Positions 9,591 to 20,903 of a stretch of DNA of 64,000 nt are shown piece by piece. Location of the stretch: contig NZ_JARGNH010000013.1 in assembly GCF_029213205.1 (NCBI RefSeq), positions 13,558-77,557 on the forward strand, written 5' to 3'. Within the stretch, counting starts at the first letter, position 1. Each line of letters opens with the position of its first letter. A model generated the notes under the pieces. The model saw nothing but the letters and a program-made list of their open reading frames with translations, was not told the origin of the DNA and did no database searches. Made by a program: the position numbers and the translations under genes. The DNA is from Pseudooceanicola sp. (lineage in GTDB: Bacteria; Pseudomonadota; Alphaproteobacteria; Rhodobacterales; Rhodobacteraceae).

Positions 9591-10598
9591 CTACCCCTTG
9601 GCTTCATAAGCCTCGATTATCGCCGCGACCAGCGGGTGCCGGACCACGTCCTTGGCGCTGAAATAGTTGAAGCTGACGCCCTCGACGGTGTCCAGAATAC
9701 GCTCCGCATCGGCTAGGCCCGAGGGCATGCCACGTGGCAGATCGACCTGGGTGCGGTCGCCGGTGATCACCATGCGTGACCCTTCGCCAAGCCGGGTCAG
9801 GAACATCTTCATCTGCATGGTGGTGGCGTTCTGCGCCTCATCCAGCACCACAAAGGCATTGGCCAGGGTGCGCCCGCGCATAAAGGCCAGCGGTGCGATT
9901 TCGATCCGCTTTTCCTCATACATCTTTTGCAGCTGCTTGGCGGGCAGGAAATCGTTCAGCGCGTCATAGAGCGGCTGCATATAGGGATCGACCTTGTCCT
10001 TCATGTCGCCGGGCAGATAGCCCAGCTTTTCGCCCGCCTCGACGGCGGGACGCGACAGGATGATCCGGTCAACATGGCCTTCGATGAACATCGACACGCC
10101 AACCGCCACCGCCAGATAGGTCTTGCCGGTGCCCGCCGGGCCGATGCCGAACGCCAACTCATTGGCGAACAAGGACCGGACATAGGCCTTTTGCGCCTCG
10201 GTGCGCGGCTCGATCATCTTCTTGCGGGTCTTGATCTCGACCGGGCCGGAGCCAAACATCTCGAATTGATTGCCATCGCGCGAAGGCCGGGTCGGTTCGG
10301 GGGCGAACATGCGCAATTCGCGGTCGATGTCGGCCAGCCCGACCTCGCGCCCGGCTTCCAGCCTGGAATAGAGCGATTTCAGCAGCGAGATGGCCTGATC
10401 GGCACTGGCTTTTTCGCCCATTGCCACCAGGTGATTGCCGCGTCTCAGGATCTGCACCGACAGCTTCTTCTCGATCTCGGCGAGGTTCCTGTCGTATTCG
10501 CCACAGAGGGCGATCAGCAGGAAATTGTCAGGAAAATCGACCTGTGCCTCGGTCAGCGGGGCGTCAGGGGTGAGCGGGGGCAGCGTGTTGATGGCCAA
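9591..10598 (-). CDS. phoH: PhoH-like ATPase
   Basis: GPAGTGKTYLAVA, RPAVEAGEKLGYLPGD, APLAFMRGRTL, DEAQN, ITGDRTQVDLP. Confidence 0.95.
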   Translation of the reverse strand: MAINTLPPLTPDAPLTEAQVDFPDNFLLIALCGEYDRNLAEIEKKLSVQILRRGNHLVAMGEKASADQAISLLKSLYSRLEAGREVGLADIDRELRMFAPEPTRPSRDGNQFEMFGSGPVEIKTRKKMIEPRTEAQKAYVRSLFANELAFGIGPAGTGKTYLAVAVGVSMFIEGHVDRIILSRPAVEAGEKLGYLPGDMKDKVDPYMQPLYDALNDFLPAKQLQKMYEEKRIEIAPLAFMRGRTLANAFVVLDEAQNATTMQMKMFLTRLGEGSRMVITGDRTQVDLPRGMPSGLADAERILDTVEGVSFNYFSAKDVVRHPLVAAIIEAYEAKG

Positions 10599-10747
10599 AC
10601 AACTCTCCTAGCTGAAGGGTGTGAGTTCAGGGTGCATTGGGGCGGGGAAGGGCGCAAGCGGAATTGCCTGAACCCGTCCCCCGAAACGAAAAGGTGCCGC
10701 AAGCGTGTTCGCTGTCGGCACCTTTGTGCAGATATGTTCGACCGGTG

Positions 10748-11107
10748 TCACGTCGACGAGCCGGAGACGTTTCCGATCGGCTGACCTTTGGCGTTTCGCG
10801 TCGGGTCAGGAATGAACGTGCCCTTCTTGAACGGGCCGTTGGCGGTGTTCGGCGCACCGGCGGTGCCGGAACAAACCGGTTTGCCATAGGGATCGAGACG
10901 CGCCGACAGATAGCCTTCGAGGCCATCGTCGATGATCCAGTGGTCACAGCCATTCGGGTCGACCCAGATCCCGGCTTTCATCGTGCTCAGATGGTGGTTG
11001 TTGATGCCGTAATCGATACTCTTGTCGCCCGGCACGTTGCCCGGGTGGCCACATGCGGCCAATGCGCCGATGATGACCAGGCCTGCGGTGGTCTTGATGA
11101 TGCTCAT
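10748..11107 (-). CDS. Uncharacterised lipoprotein
   Basis: Lipobox LAAC at Cys19; contains a 33-aa Cys-bracketed module shared with the upstream OmpA-domain protein. Confidence 0.8.
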   Translation of the reverse strand: MSIIKTTAGLVIIGALAACGHPGNVPGDKSIDYGINNHHLSTMKAGIWVDPNGCDHWIIDDGLEGYLSARLDPYGKPVCSGTAGAPNTANGPFKKGTFIPDPTRNAKGQPIGNVSGSST

Positions 11108-11121
11108 CGATCTGGTCCCTC

Positions 11122-11679
11122 TCAGCGAATGCAGATGATTTCGACGCGACGGTTCTTGGCCATGCCCGCGCGGGTGCTGTTCGACGCGGCCGGCATGCGT
11201 TCACCATAGCCGCGCACGTCAGCGATGCGCGCGCCGCTCGATTTGGCGACCCGGGCCACAGCATTGGCACGGTTATAGCTGAGCCGCATGTTGTATTCGT
11301 CGCTGGCCCGGCTGTCGGTGTGACCGGCAATGATAAAGGCCGACGCGGTGGTGGTTTTGAAGAATTGCGTCAGGCGCTGCTGGTTGGCCGGCGAGATGTA
11401 ATATTTGTCGGTGGCAAAGAATTGATCGGCCTCCATCACGCCGCAGACATTGCCGCGACGGCAGACCGGAATCCCCTGACGGTTGGTGTGCGGGGTCATA
11501 TAGCCCTCGGCACCATCGTCCATCGCCCAATGCTCACAGCCATCCGGGTCAACCCAGATTGTCGGCACATAGGGCTCGCTCTGCGCTGCAGCCGCCCCGG
11601 CCGAGGCAAGCATTGCGATTACCGCTGCGGCAGCGGCTCCAGCCAGGCTGGACATCGTTTTGGAAATCAGCTTCGCCAC
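11122..11679 (-). CDS. OmpA-like C-terminal (peptidoglycan-binding) domain protein
   Basis: GHTDSRASDEYNMRLSYNRANAV, GYGERMP, NRRVEI. Start placed at GTG 11679 after an AAGGA RBS, followed by an Ala-rich signal peptide. Confidence 0.9.
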   Translation of the reverse strand: MAKLISKTMSSLAGAAAAAVIAMLASAGAAAAQSEPYVPTIWVDPDGCEHWAMDDGAEGYMTPHTNRQGIPVCRRGNVCGVMEADQFFATDKYYISPANQQRLTQFFKTTTASAFIIAGHTDSRASDEYNMRLSYNRANAVARVAKSSGARIADVRGYGERMPAASNSTRAGMAKNRRVEIICIR

Positions 11680-11943
11680 GTCCGTATTCCTTTGTCGTTC
11701 CCCCGAGGTCCCAGTTCCCGGACGGTCAAAACCGCCCCCGACCCCGCAAAATGTGGATAAGTCTGCTGTGCACTTTATCTGGTTATGCCACAAAGTGAAG
11801 CGCATTTCACCATATATTGTAGCCAATAAGGTAACACTTCCCAGATTTCCGGTGGATTGTTATCTAATCCACACGGATTTGGACCGCGATCGGCGGTACC
11901 GGAACGACATCGAAGTGAATTGGTTAACGCCGCATCGCGCCGG

Positions 11944-13260
11944 TCAGATCAGCGCACCGGCCAGCGAGTTCGGACCGCTTGCTGTGATTCTCACCCGGTG
12001 CAACTGGCCCAGAACCTCGGGCGGCGCCTGAACATGCACCGCATGCAGGTGATCGGATTTACCGGTCATCTGCCCCGGCATCCGTCCGGCACGTTCAAAC
12101 AGCACCCCGACCTCGCGCCCGACCATTGCATCCTGCGCTGCCCGCTGTTGTGCAGTGATCAGCGCCTGCAACCGGTGCAGCCGTTCCGCCGCCTCGGCCG
12201 GATCAACCTGCGGGCGTTCGGCGGCGGGGGTGCCGGGACGTGGTGAATACTTGAAACTATAGGCCTGACCATAGCCAACCGACTCGACCAGATCGAGGGT
12301 GGCCTGAAAATCCACCTCGGTCTCTTCGGGAAAGCCGACGATGAAATCGCCCGAGATCAGGATATCGGGCCGGGCGGCGCGAATCCGCTCGATCAGCCGC
12401 AGGTAGCTTTCGGCGGTGTGGCTGCGGTTCATCCGTTTCAGAATCCGGTCACTGCCCGATTGCACCGGCAGATGCAGATAGGGCATCAGCTTGGCACAGT
12501 CCCCATGCGCCGCGATCAGATCATCGCCCATGTCATTGGGGTGGCTGGTGGTAAAGCGGATGCGCTCCAGCCCGTCGATGTCGTTCAGGGCCCAGATTAG
12601 CTGTGCCAGCCCCCAATCGCCCTCCGCCCCGGCGCCGTGATAGGCGTTCACATTCTGGCCCAGCAGGGTGATCTCGCGCACCCCGCGCTCAACCAGATCG
12701 CGGGCCTCTTCCAGCACCCGCGCCGCCGGGCGCGAGACTTCGGCGCCACGGGTATAGGGCACCACGCAAAAGGCGCAGAACTTGTCACAGCCCTCTTGCA
12801 CCGTCAAAAACGCGCTCGGTCCGCGCTTGGCCTTGGGCCGTGCCTTCAGCCGTTCAAACTTGTCTTCCTCGGGAAATTCGGTGTCGATCACCTTTTCCGA
12901 CCCGGCCCGCGCCTCCATCTCTGGCAGGCGGTGATAGCTCTGCGGGCCGACCACCAGATCGACCATCGGCTGGCGGGCGATGATCTCGGCGCCCTCAGCC
13001 TGGGCCACACAGCCGGCGACGCCGATCTTCAGATCCGGCTTTGCCACCTTCAGATCCCGGAACCGGCCGAGCTCGGAATAGACCTTTTCGGCGGCCTTTT
13101 CGCGAATGTGGCAGGTGTTGAGCAGGATCATATCCGCCTCATCCGGCGTCGCGACCTCGACATAGCCATTGCCGCCCAAAGCTTCGACCATGCGTTCGCT
13201 GTCATAGACATTCATCTGACAGCCATAGGTCTTGATATACAGTTTCTTGGGCTCGCCCAT
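11944..13260 (-). CDS. miaB: tRNA-2-methylthio-N6-dimethylallyladenosine synthase
   Basis: [20 protein letters not shown], radical SAM motif [15 protein letters not shown]-terminal TRAM domain. Confidence 0.97.
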   Translation of the reverse strand: MGEPKKLYIKTYGCQMNVYDSERMVEALGGNGYVEVATPDEADMILLNTCHIREKAAEKVYSELGRFRDLKVAKPDLKIGVAGCVAQAEGAEIIARQPMVDLVVGPQSYHRLPEMEARAGSEKVIDTEFPEEDKFERLKARPKAKRGPSAFLTVQEGCDKFCAFCVVPYTRGAEVSRPAARVLEEARDLVERGVREITLLGQNVNAYHGAGAEGDWGLAQLIWALNDIDGLERIRFTTSHPNDMGDDLIAAHGDCAKLMPYLHLPVQSGSDRILKRMNRSHTAESYLRLIERIRAARPDILISGDFIVGFPEETEVDFQATLDLVESVGYGQAYSFKYSPRPGTPAAERPQVDPAEAAERLHRLQALITAQQRAAQDAMVGREVGVLFERAGRMPGQMTGKSDHLHAVHVQAPPEVLGQLHRVRITASGPNSLAGALI

Positions 13261-13371
13261 CTCTGCGCCTCTGGCCGGGAAATCACGCCGCTGACTACAC
13301 CAGGTTCAGGGTGGCTTGCAATGCGCGGCCCGAGCGGCGATTCTGGCGCCGACACGAAAGGACGACGCCGA

Positions 13372-14241
13372 ATGCGGTTCGAAAACCTGCCCGATTTCCT
13401 GAAGAACGGCACCGATGCGCTGCTCAAGGGGCCGGTGGCGATGATCTTTGCCGAGGACGACGTCGAGCTGGCCTCGACCATCCGCCATCACCGGGTGGCC
13501 GGGTTCGTCCAGACCCTGGTGTTCATGTCGCCCGCCTTTGACCTGCCCGCCGATCTGGAGCGGGTCTGCTGGCGGATCGATTACGACATGGTGCAGCCCA
13601 ATGCGCTGGAACAGGCGGTCAATGCGGTGATCGACGCCGCGCCGGGGCTGTGGCTCTATTATTGCTACAATGCCGAATACCTGTTCCACCCGTTCTGCGA
13701 GACCCGCTCGATCGCCGAGATGCTGGCCTTTCACACCGAAGAGCGGCGCGATGCGATGCTGACCTATGTGGTCGATCTTTACGCCGGGAACCTCGACGCC
13801 TCTCCCAACGCGGTCTCCCTCGAAGACGCGCAACTGGACCGCTCCGGCTATTACGCCCTGGCCCGGCCCGATGTGATGAACCACAATCACCCGAAAGAAC
13901 GGCAGCTCGATTTCTACGGCGGGCTGCGCTGGCGGTTCGAGGAACATGTGCCCCAGGCCCGGCGCAAGATCGACAGGATCTCGCTGTTTCGGGCCAAGCC
14001 GGGGCTGAAATTGCTGCCGGGATTCGTGTTCAACGACGAGGAATACAACACCTATTCCTGCCCCTGGCACCACAATCTGACCGCCTCGGTCTGCTCGTTC
14101 CGCACCGCCAAGGCGCTCCGGCTCAACCCCGGGTCACGCTTTGATATCCAGTCGTTTTGCTGGCACAATTCCGAACCGTTTGAATGGCATTCGCGCCAGC
14201 TCCTCGACCTTGGCCTGATGGAGCCGGGGCAATGGTTCTAG
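13372..14241 (+). CDS. Conserved hypothetical protein (possibly glycosyltransferase-like)
   Basis: Coding-like 289 aa segment of the long ORF 12637..14241, starting at ATG 13372 after an AAAGGA RBS. Aromatic-rich (YYCYNAEYLF, HHNLTA). Function not recognised. Confidence 0.7.
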   Translation: MRFENLPDFLKNGTDALLKGPVAMIFAEDDVELASTIRHHRVAGFVQTLVFMSPAFDLPADLERVCWRIDYDMVQPNALEQAVNAVIDAAPGLWLYYCYNAEYLFHPFCETRSIAEMLAFHTEERRDAMLTYVVDLYAGNLDASPNAVSLEDAQLDRSGYYALARPDVMNHNHPKERQLDFYGGLRWRFEEHVPQARRKIDRISLFRAKPGLKLLPGFVFNDEEYNTYSCPWHHNLTASVCSFRTAKALRLNPGSRFDIQSFCWHNSEPFEWHSRQLLDLGLMEPGQWF

Positions 14242-14378
14242 AGCGGCGGCTCACTGCGAATTAACAGCAGCGCCAGCGCCACACCGCCCAGCGCCAGCCC
14301 GACAATCAGCTTTGGCAACCCGCGCCGGGATCTGGCCCGGCCCGGTCGGTGACTGGATTTGAAGTTCAATGTCCCCAT
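14238..14378 (-). CDS. Possible small single-pass membrane protein (46 aa)
   Basis: MGTLNFKSSHRPGRARSRRGLPKLIVGLALGGVALALLLIRSEPPL: basic N-terminus followed by one hydrophobic helix. No clear RBS. Confidence 0.3.
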   Translation of the reverse strand: MGTLNFKSSHRPGRARSRRGLPKLIVGLALGGVALALLLIRSEPPL

Positions 14379-14613
14379 GACGCCAGAGTGCCGCAGGCGG
14401 GGCGTCAGGCAAAGACATTCTGCGCAATGGCCCCGGTCTCGGTGGTGCTCCGCCCATTGCGGGCGCCGATCGGCGGATCGCCGCGCCTGGCCCTGGCCCT
14501 GGCTCTGGTAGAACGTTTCCCCGCCGGAGGCACATGCGGCGGAGTCCGCCCGGAAGCTGCCGCATGAACAAAAGCAATGCGCCGCCAGGTCGATCCTACG
14601 GATCGGTCGCGGG

Positions 14614-15402
14614 TTACAGATTCTCCGGCTGCGGCATGCCGAGGATGTGATAGCCGCCATCGACGCGCACGATCTCGCCAGTGGTGCAGGCGCCGGCCGC
14701 CGAGGCGAGGTAGACGGCAGTGCCGCCCACCGCTTCCAGCGTCGCATTGGCGCGCAGCGGGGCATTGGCCTCGGTCTGGCGAAAGGTCTTGCGTGCGCCG
14801 CCAATCGCCGCCCCGGCCAGGGTCTTCATCGGGCCGGGCGAAATCGCATTGACCCGGATCCCGTCGGGACCGAGGTCATTGGCCAGATAGCGCACCGCCG
14901 CCTCCAGCGCCGCCTTGGCGACACCCATCACATTGTAAAACGGCGTCACCCGGTTCGACCCCTGATAGGTCAGGGTCAGGATGGTGCCGCCGTCCTTCAT
15001 CAGTTTGGCGGCGCGGCGCGACACTTCGATCAGCGAATAGCAGGAGATATCCAGCGAATTCTTGAAGTTCTCGCGACTGGTGTTGATGAACCGGCCCGAA
15101 AGTTCGTCCTTGTTGGAATAGGCGATGGCATGGACCAGAAAGTCCATCGTGCCCCATTGCTTTTCCAGCTCCGCAAAAGCGGCGGTGAGCGAAGCATCGT
15201 TGGTCACATCGGCATCGACCAGGATCGACGATCCCAGCGTCGCCGCCAGCGGCTCGACCCGCTTGCCAAAGGCTTCGCCCTGATAGGTAAAGGCCAGTTC
15301 GGCGCCCTCGGCGGCCATCGCCTTGGCGATGCCCCAGGCGATCGAGCGTTCGTTCGCCACGCCCATGATCAGGCCGCGTTTACCTTTTAATGCGTCGCCC
15401 AT
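14614..15402 (-). CDS. fabI: Enoyl-ACP reductase
   Basis: GVANERSIAWGIA, YNVMGVAKAALEA, NAISPGP. Confidence 0.95.
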   Translation of the reverse strand: MGDALKGKRGLIMGVANERSIAWGIAKAMAAEGAELAFTYQGEAFGKRVEPLAATLGSSILVDADVTNDASLTAAFAELEKQWGTMDFLVHAIAYSNKDELSGRFINTSRENFKNSLDISCYSLIEVSRRAAKLMKDGGTILTLTYQGSNRVTPFYNVMGVAKAALEAAVRYLANDLGPDGIRVNAISPGPMKTLAGAAIGGARKTFRQTEANAPLRANATLEAVGGTAVYLASAAGACTTGEIVRVDGGYHILGMPQPENL

Positions 15403-15425
15403 GTTCCGTCCGTCCTGCCTTCGGT

Positions 15426-16655
15426 TCAGCCGTTGAAACGGGAGAGCAGCATCGAACCATTCGTGCCGCCGAACCCGAAGGAATTGGTCATCACCGTATC
15501 GAGACCCGCATTTTCCACCAGCGCCGTCGCGATTTCCGCGGGGTTCAAGGCGGGGTCGATCGTTTCGACATTGATCGACGGGGTGATGAAATCACCGTCG
15601 AGCATCAGCAGGCAGAAAATCGTCTCGAGCGCGCCGGCGGCGCCCTGGGCGTGGCCGGTCATCGATTTGGTCGATGAGATCGGCGGGGTGGACCCTGTGC
15701 CGAACACCCGGCGCACCGACTCGACTTCGCCGATGTCGCCGACCGGGGTCGAGGTGCCATGCGCATTGATATAGCTGATCTTGCGCCCCTCGGGCAGGGT
15801 GGTCAGCGCCTGGCGCATCGCCCGTTCGCCGCCCTCGCCTGAGGGCGCGACCATGTCATGCCCGTCCGAAGTGGCGGCATAGCCGGTGACCTCGGCATAG
15901 ATCTTGGCGCCGCGCGCCTTGGCGTGCTCCAATTCCTCAAGCACGACAATGCCGCCGCCGCCCGAGATCACGAAACCATCGCGGCCCTCGTCAAACGCGC
16001 GCGAGGCCTGTTGCGGGGTGTCGTTATATTTCGACGACATAGCCCCCATTGCGTCGAACAGGCAGGACAGGGTCCAGTCGAGTTCTTCGCCGCCGCCGGC
16101 AAACATCACATCCTGCTTGCCCAGCATGATCTGTTCGGCAGCATTGCCGATGCAATGCAGGCTGGTCGAACAGGCCGAGGTGATCGAATAGTTGATGCCC
16201 TTGATCTTGAACGCCGTCGCCAGATTGGCCGAGACTGTCGAGGACATGCATTTGGGCACCGCAAACGGGCCGATCCGCTTGGTTGCGCCGGATTTCAGCA
16301 CCACCTGATGCGCCGCGAACATGGCCGAGGTCGAGGGCCCGCCGGACCCGGCGATCAGCCCGGTCCGCGGGTTCACGATATCGGCCTCGTCCAGCCCGGC
16401 ATCGGCAATCGCCTGGCTCATCGCGATATGCGCATAGGCCGCACCGCCGCCCATGAAGCGCAGGCTGCGCTTGTCGATATGGTCGGCCACGTCAATCTTG
16501 AGGGTGCCCGCAACCTGGCTGCGGAACCCATGTTCTGCCATTTCCGGCGAGGCTTCGATGCCCGACCGACCGGCCTTGAGAGAGGCAATCACCTCATCGG
16601 CTGAATTGCCGATCGAGGACACTATTCCCAATCCTGTAACGACGACACGGCGCAT
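15426..16655 (-). CDS. fabB: 3-oxoacyl-ACP synthase I
   Basis: [36 protein letters not shown]; follows fabA. Confidence 0.95.
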   Translation of the reverse strand: MRRVVVTGLGIVSSIGNSADEVIASLKAGRSGIEASPEMAEHGFRSQVAGTLKIDVADHIDKRSLRFMGGGAAYAHIAMSQAIADAGLDEADIVNPRTGLIAGSGGPSTSAMFAAHQVVLKSGATKRIGPFAVPKCMSSTVSANLATAFKIKGINYSITSACSTSLHCIGNAAEQIMLGKQDVMFAGGGEELDWTLSCLFDAMGAMSSKYNDTPQQASRAFDEGRDGFVISGGGGIVVLEELEHAKARGAKIYAEVTGYAATSDGHDMVAPSGEGGERAMRQALTTLPEGRKISYINAHGTSTPVGDIGEVESVRRVFGTGSTPPISSTKSMTGHAQGAAGALETIFCLLMLDGDFITPSINVETIDPALNPAEIATALVENAGLDTVMTNSFGFGGTNGSMLLSRFNG

Positions 16656-16688
16656 CACGCTCTCCTTCCCGATCCAAGGACCACATTG

Positions 16689-17198
16689 TCAGCTTTCTGA
16701 CAGGGCGACCTTCATGTCTTTGACCAGATAAATCACTTCTCCATCCGCCTCGACCCGGCCATCGGCGACGCCCATGGTCAACCGGCGGGTCTGCACGGCC
16801 TTGGTGAAATCCACATAATATGTCAGCCGCTTGCGGTCCGGGCGCACCATGCCCTTCAGCTTGACCTCGCCGACACCCATAGCATAGCCGCGACCAAGCC
16901 AGCCGCGCCAGCCCAGATTGAAGCCGGTCAATTGCCACAGCCCGTCCAGGCCCAGGCAACCGGGCATGATCGGGTTGCCGGGGAAATGGCAGGCAAAGAA
17001 CCACAGGTCCGGGGTGATATCGAATTCGGCCACGACATGGCCCTTGCCATGCTCACCGCCATCGCCGCTGATCTCGGTGATCCGATCCATCATCAGCATC
17101 GGCGGTTCGGGCAATTGCGCATTGCCCGGCCCGAACAATTCGCCGCGGGCACATTTTAGCAGATCGTCCTTGTTGAAACTGGTCGGATATCCGGCCAT
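16689..17198 (-). CDS. fabA: 3-hydroxydecanoyl-ACP dehydratase/isomerase
   Basis: [29 protein letters not shown]. Start at MAGYP (17198). Confidence 0.96.
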   Translation of the reverse strand: MAGYPTSFNKDDLLKCARGELFGPGNAQLPEPPMLMMDRITEISGDGGEHGKGHVVAEFDITPDLWFFACHFPGNPIMPGCLGLDGLWQLTGFNLGWRGWLGRGYAMGVGEVKLKGMVRPDRKRLTYYVDFTKAVQTRRLTMGVADGRVEADGEVIYLVKDMKVALSES

Positions 17199-17378
17199 GC
17201 GGTGCAGCTCCTTCGTGTCGATTGTCCGCGCGGATCCGTTTCCCTCTACCACCCGCGTAAACTGCGTTGCAAGGGGCGCAGGGGCTGATGCGGTGAATGG
17301 CCGCCCGGGGCGCGCAAAGTGAAAGCAATTGAGTTTGTTGCGCCCGGGCCGTTATATTGCTGGCCGAGGAGATGCGAT

Positions 17379-17804
17379 TTGCAGAGTTTGCCGAAAGATG
17401 CGCGCGAAACCGGAACCCGCTGGCTGACCAGCGGCGGGCTGCGCCCGACGCGGCAGCGGGTGGCTCTGGCAATGCTGCTGGTTGGTGATGGCTGCAACCG
17501 CCATGTCACCGCTGACAGCCTGTTCGCCGCCGCCAAGGCGCAGGATCACCCGGTGTCGATGGCCACCGTCTACAACACCCTGCGGGCGTTCTGTAACGCT
17601 GGGCTGCTGCGGGAAATTACCGTCGACGGCTCGAAAAGCTATTTTGACACCAATATGCACGATCACCCGCATTTCTATTGGGAGGACGAGGGCCGGTTGA
17701 CCGACGTCCCCGCCGATCAATTGACCATCGCTCAGCTGCCCGACGCGCCGGAGGGCGCCGAAATCGCCAAGATCGACGTGGTGATCCGGCTGCGACGGAA
17801 ATAA
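17379..17804 (+). CDS. irr: Fur-family iron response regulator Irr
   Basis: GLRPTRQR, HVTADSLF, SMATVYNTL, YFDTNMHDHPHFYWED. Divergent from fabA, the usual irr position. Start placed at TTG 17379 after AGGAG. Confidence 0.88.
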   Translation: MQSLPKDARETGTRWLTSGGLRPTRQRVALAMLLVGDGCNRHVTADSLFAAAKAQDHPVSMATVYNTLRAFCNAGLLREITVDGSKSYFDTNMHDHPHFYWEDEGRLTDVPADQLTIAQLPDAPEGAEIAKIDVVIRLRRK

Positions 17805-18030
17805 CCGCCCCGATCCCGACGCTGTGGCGAACCGACGCCGAGACCCGTGAGTTTCTGATAGATTGCGCCGTTAGATTGCCGCATCGGGATCGAACGACAT
17901 CTGCGGGTATTGCCAAAGCGATTGGCGCTTTCGGATCGCCCGGCAGCGCATGCGCCTGACCTGGCAAAGGTACCGTCAGCGTAGAGAAAGATTGGCCCGG
18001 CGGGCCATTTGCGGGGGCGCGCGGCGCGAT

Positions 18031-18058
18031 GCCCCCGGTCAGGCAATTGACCGGGGGC
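18031..18058. terminator. GC-rich hairpin downstream of clpB (and of the convergent irr)
   Basis: Inverted repeat CCCCGGTCA...TGACCGGGG around a short loop, about 20 nt past the clpB stop. Confidence 0.55.
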
Positions 18059-18078
18059 AGGTTTTCATGGCGCAGCGA

Positions 18079-20697
18079 TTAGTGCAGCACCGCATCGTCC
18101 GGCTTGCCGCGATGCGAGGCGCCGATCCTGTCACCCAGGATCAGCCCATCGGACCCGACGCTGACATCGACGCTGTCACCGTCCTTGACGTCGCCCGCCA
18201 GCAGCAATTCGGCCAGCGGATCCTGCAACGCCTTCTGGATCACCCGTTTCAGCGGCCGCGCGCCGAACACCGGGTCATAGCCTTCGTCGGCCAGCCATTT
18301 CAGCGCATCCCCATCCGGGTTCAGGGTGATCTTGCGCGCCTTCAGACGCTTGGCCAGGCGCCGCATCTGGATATCGACGATGCCGTCCATATCCTCGCGC
18401 TGCAGCCGGTCGAACACCACGATCTCATCCAGCCGGTTCAGGAATTCCGGGCGGAAATGTGCCCGCACCGCATCCATCACCCCGCGCTTGGCTTCCGCCG
18501 CATCAGCGCCTTCGGGCAATTGCGACAGCGCCTGCGAGCCGAGGTTCGAGGTCAGCACGATCAGCGTCTGCTTGAAATCCACGGTCCGGCCCTGGCCATC
18601 GGTCAGGATACCGTCATCCAGCACTTGCAGCAGCACGTTGAACACATCCGGATGCGCCTTTTCGACCTCGTCGAACAGGATCACCTGATAGGGGCGACGG
18701 CGCACCGCTTCGGTCAGCACCCCGCCTTCGTCATAGCCGACATAGCCCGGAGGGGCGCCGATCAGCCGGGCCACCGAATGTTTCTCCATGAATTCGCTCA
18801 TGTCGATGCGCACCATGGCGTTGTCGTCGTCGAACAGGAATTCGGCGACCGCCTTGGTCAGCTCGGTCTTGCCGACGCCGGTCGGGCCGAGGAACAGGAA
18901 ACTGCCCAGCGGGCGGCCTTCGTCGTTCAGCCCGGCGCGGGCGCGGCGCACCGCATTGGCGACCGCATTCACCGCTGCGTTCTGGCCGATGACCCGCTTG
19001 TGCAGCCCGTCCTCCATGCGCAGCAGCTTGTCACGCTCGCCTTCCAGCATCCGTGCGGTGGGTATCCCGGTCCAGCGTTCGACCACCTGGGCGATCTGTT
19101 CCGGGCGCACCGCTTCTTCGACCATCACGCCGTTTGCGTCTTGCTGCTCGGCTGCACCCAGCTGTTTCTCAAGCTGCGGGATGACGCCATAGGACAGCTC
19201 ACCGGCCTTGCCCAGATCGCCGTGGCGTTTGGCAATCTCCAGGTCGGCGCGGGCGCGATCCAGCTGTTCCTTGATGTCGCGGGCCGAAGCGAGCTTGTCA
19301 CGCTCGGCCTGCCATTTGGAGGTCATCTCGTTGGATTTGTCCTGCAGATCCGCGAGTTCCTTTTCCAGCCGCTCCAGCCGGTCTTTCGAGGCGGCGTCGT
19401 CCTCTTTCTTCAACGCCTCGCCTTCGATCTGCAACTGCAGGATCTGCCGGTCGAGCTGGTCCAGCTCCTCGGGTTTGGAATCCACCTCCATCCGCAGACG
19501 GCTGGCGGCCTCGTCCATCAGGTCGATCGCCTTATCGGGCAGGAACCGGTCGGTGATATAGCGGTTCGACAGGGTCGCCGCCGCCACCAGAGCGGAATCC
19601 GAGATCCGCACGCCATGGTGCAGCTCATATTTTTCCTTGATGCCGCGCAGGATCGAGATCGTGTCTTCGACTGTCGGCTCTTCGACCACGACCGGTTGGA
19701 ACCGGCGGGCCAGCGCCGCGTCCTTTTCGACGTATTTGCGGTATTCATCCAGCGTGGTGGCACCGATGCAATGCAATTCGCCCCGGGCCAGCGCCGGTTT
19801 GATCAGGTTGGCCGCATCCATCGCGCCATCGGCCTTGCCGGCACCAACCAGCGTGTGCATCTCGTCGATGAACAGGATGATCTCGCCAGAGGCGGCTTCG
19901 ATTTCCTTGAGGATGGCTTTCAGCCGTTCTTCGAATTCGCCACGGTATTTGGCACCGGCAATCAGCGCGCCCATGTCGAGCGCCAGCAAGCGCTTGTCCT
20001 TCAGGCTTTCGGGCACATCGCCGTCGATGATCCGCAGCGCCATGCCTTCGGCGATCGCGGTCTTGCCGACGCCGGGTTCCCCGATCAGCACCGGGTTGTT
20101 CTTGGTCCGGCGCGACAGCACCTGCATCGAGCGGCGAATTTCATCGTCGCGCCCGATGATCGGGTCGATTTTTCCCTCTTCGGCGGCCTTGGTCAGGTCA
20201 CGGGTGTATTTTTCCAGCGCCTCAAAGGTGTCCTCGGCGCTTTCGCTGTCGGCGGTGCGGCCCTTGCGGATGTCGTTGATCGCCTCGTTCAGCTTTTGCG
20301 CGGTGATGCCACCGGCCTCAAGCGCGTCCTTGGCCGGGCTTTTCACCAGCGCCAGCGCGGTCAACAACCGTTCGACCGGGATGAAGCTGTCCTTGGCCTT
20401 TTGCGCGACTTTTTCCGCCTCGCTCAGCACTTTCACGGTTTGCTGACCCATATAGGTCTGCCCGGCATCGCCGCTGACCTTCGGGATCTTGGCCAGCGCC
20501 AGATCAAGCGCCTGGGTCACCGCATCGGGGTCGCCGCCAGCCTTGCGGGTCAGGTTGCTGGCCAGCCCTTCGCTGTCGTCCATCAGGGCCTTGAGCAGGT
20601 GCTCAGGCGAAAGCTGTTGGTGGTTTTCACGAATTGCGATGGTCTGCGCCGCCTGGATGAAACCGCGTGACCGTTCCGTGAACTTGGACAAGTCCAT
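18079..20697 (-). CDS. clpB: ATP-dependent chaperone ClpB
   Basis: Two AAA+ modules ([16 protein letters not shown]), middle coiled coil ([11 protein letters not shown]), [32 protein letters not shown] before MDLSKF. Confidence 0.98.
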   Translation of the reverse strand: MDLSKFTERSRGFIQAAQTIAIRENHQQLSPEHLLKALMDDSEGLASNLTRKAGGDPDAVTQALDLALAKIPKVSGDAGQTYMGQQTVKVLSEAEKVAQKAKDSFIPVERLLTALALVKSPAKDALEAGGITAQKLNEAINDIRKGRTADSESAEDTFEALEKYTRDLTKAAEEGKIDPIIGRDDEIRRSMQVLSRRTKNNPVLIGEPGVGKTAIAEGMALRIIDGDVPESLKDKRLLALDMGALIAGAKYRGEFEERLKAILKEIEAASGEIILFIDEMHTLVGAGKADGAMDAANLIKPALARGELHCIGATTLDEYRKYVEKDAALARRFQPVVVEEPTVEDTISILRGIKEKYELHHGVRISDSALVAAATLSNRYITDRFLPDKAIDLMDEAASRLRMEVDSKPEELDQLDRQILQLQIEGEALKKEDDAASKDRLERLEKELADLQDKSNEMTSKWQAERDKLASARDIKEQLDRARADLEIAKRHGDLGKAGELSYGVIPQLEKQLGAAEQQDANGVMVEEAVRPEQIAQVVERWTGIPTARMLEGERDKLLRMEDGLHKRVIGQNAAVNAVANAVRRARAGLNDEGRPLGSFLFLGPTGVGKTELTKAVAEFLFDDDNAMVRIDMSEFMEKHSVARLIGAPPGYVGYDEGGVLTEAVRRRPYQVILFDEVEKAHPDVFNVLLQVLDDGILTDGQGRTVDFKQTLIVLTSNLGSQALSQLPEGADAAEAKRGVMDAVRAHFRPEFLNRLDEIVVFDRLQREDMDGIVDIQMRRLAKRLKARKITLNPDGDALKWLADEGYDPVFGARPLKRVIQKALQDPLAELLLAGDVKDGDSVDVSVGSDGLILGDRIGASHRGKPDDAVLH

Positions 20698-20774
20698 CAT
20701 CATTCTCCTTTTGCAAGCGTCCCCCTTGAGGGCCACCCTGGAAAAGGCATGGCCGGTTGGGAACCTTGTTGATG

Positions 20775-20803
20775 AGATGGGGCAGGATCGCGGGCGGTTC
20801 AAG
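20775..20803 (-). promoter_or_regulatory. RpoH (sigma-32) promoter of clpB
   Basis: The reverse strand reads CTTGAA-N15-CCCCATCT, the sigma-32 consensus, about 75 nt upstream of clpB. Confidence 0.85.
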
Positions 20804-20903
20804 ATGTTGGGATGGAAATCCGCCTTGATTTGGTTCCGGTCTTGACCCCATGCCACTTCCCCCGCATCACCGCCAGCAACCCCGATGGGTGCAGGAGATC
20901 GAA

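Noticed and set aside
11680-11943. Replication origin
   Set aside because: Only one perfect and one near DnaA box, no clear unwinding-element repeats, and no origin-associated genes.
12637-13371. N-terminal half of the 534-aa ORF 12637..14241
   Set aside because: It overlaps miaB antisense; a good RBS and coding-like composition begin only at 13372.
14614-17804. fabA-fabB-fabI as the dedicated acyl supply for the lipid cluster, or irr-fabA linkage as novel
   Set aside because: This is the standard core arrangement in alphaproteobacteria and lies about 19 kb from the cluster.
17950-20670. 906-aa plus-strand ORF, and similar long antisense ORFs (e.g. 25196..27313, 53848..56049, 56108..58165)
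   Set aside because: Shadow ORFs opposite well-supported genes (clpB, TRAP/GS, nosR, nosZ), expected from GC-rich codon bias, with no recognisable motifs.
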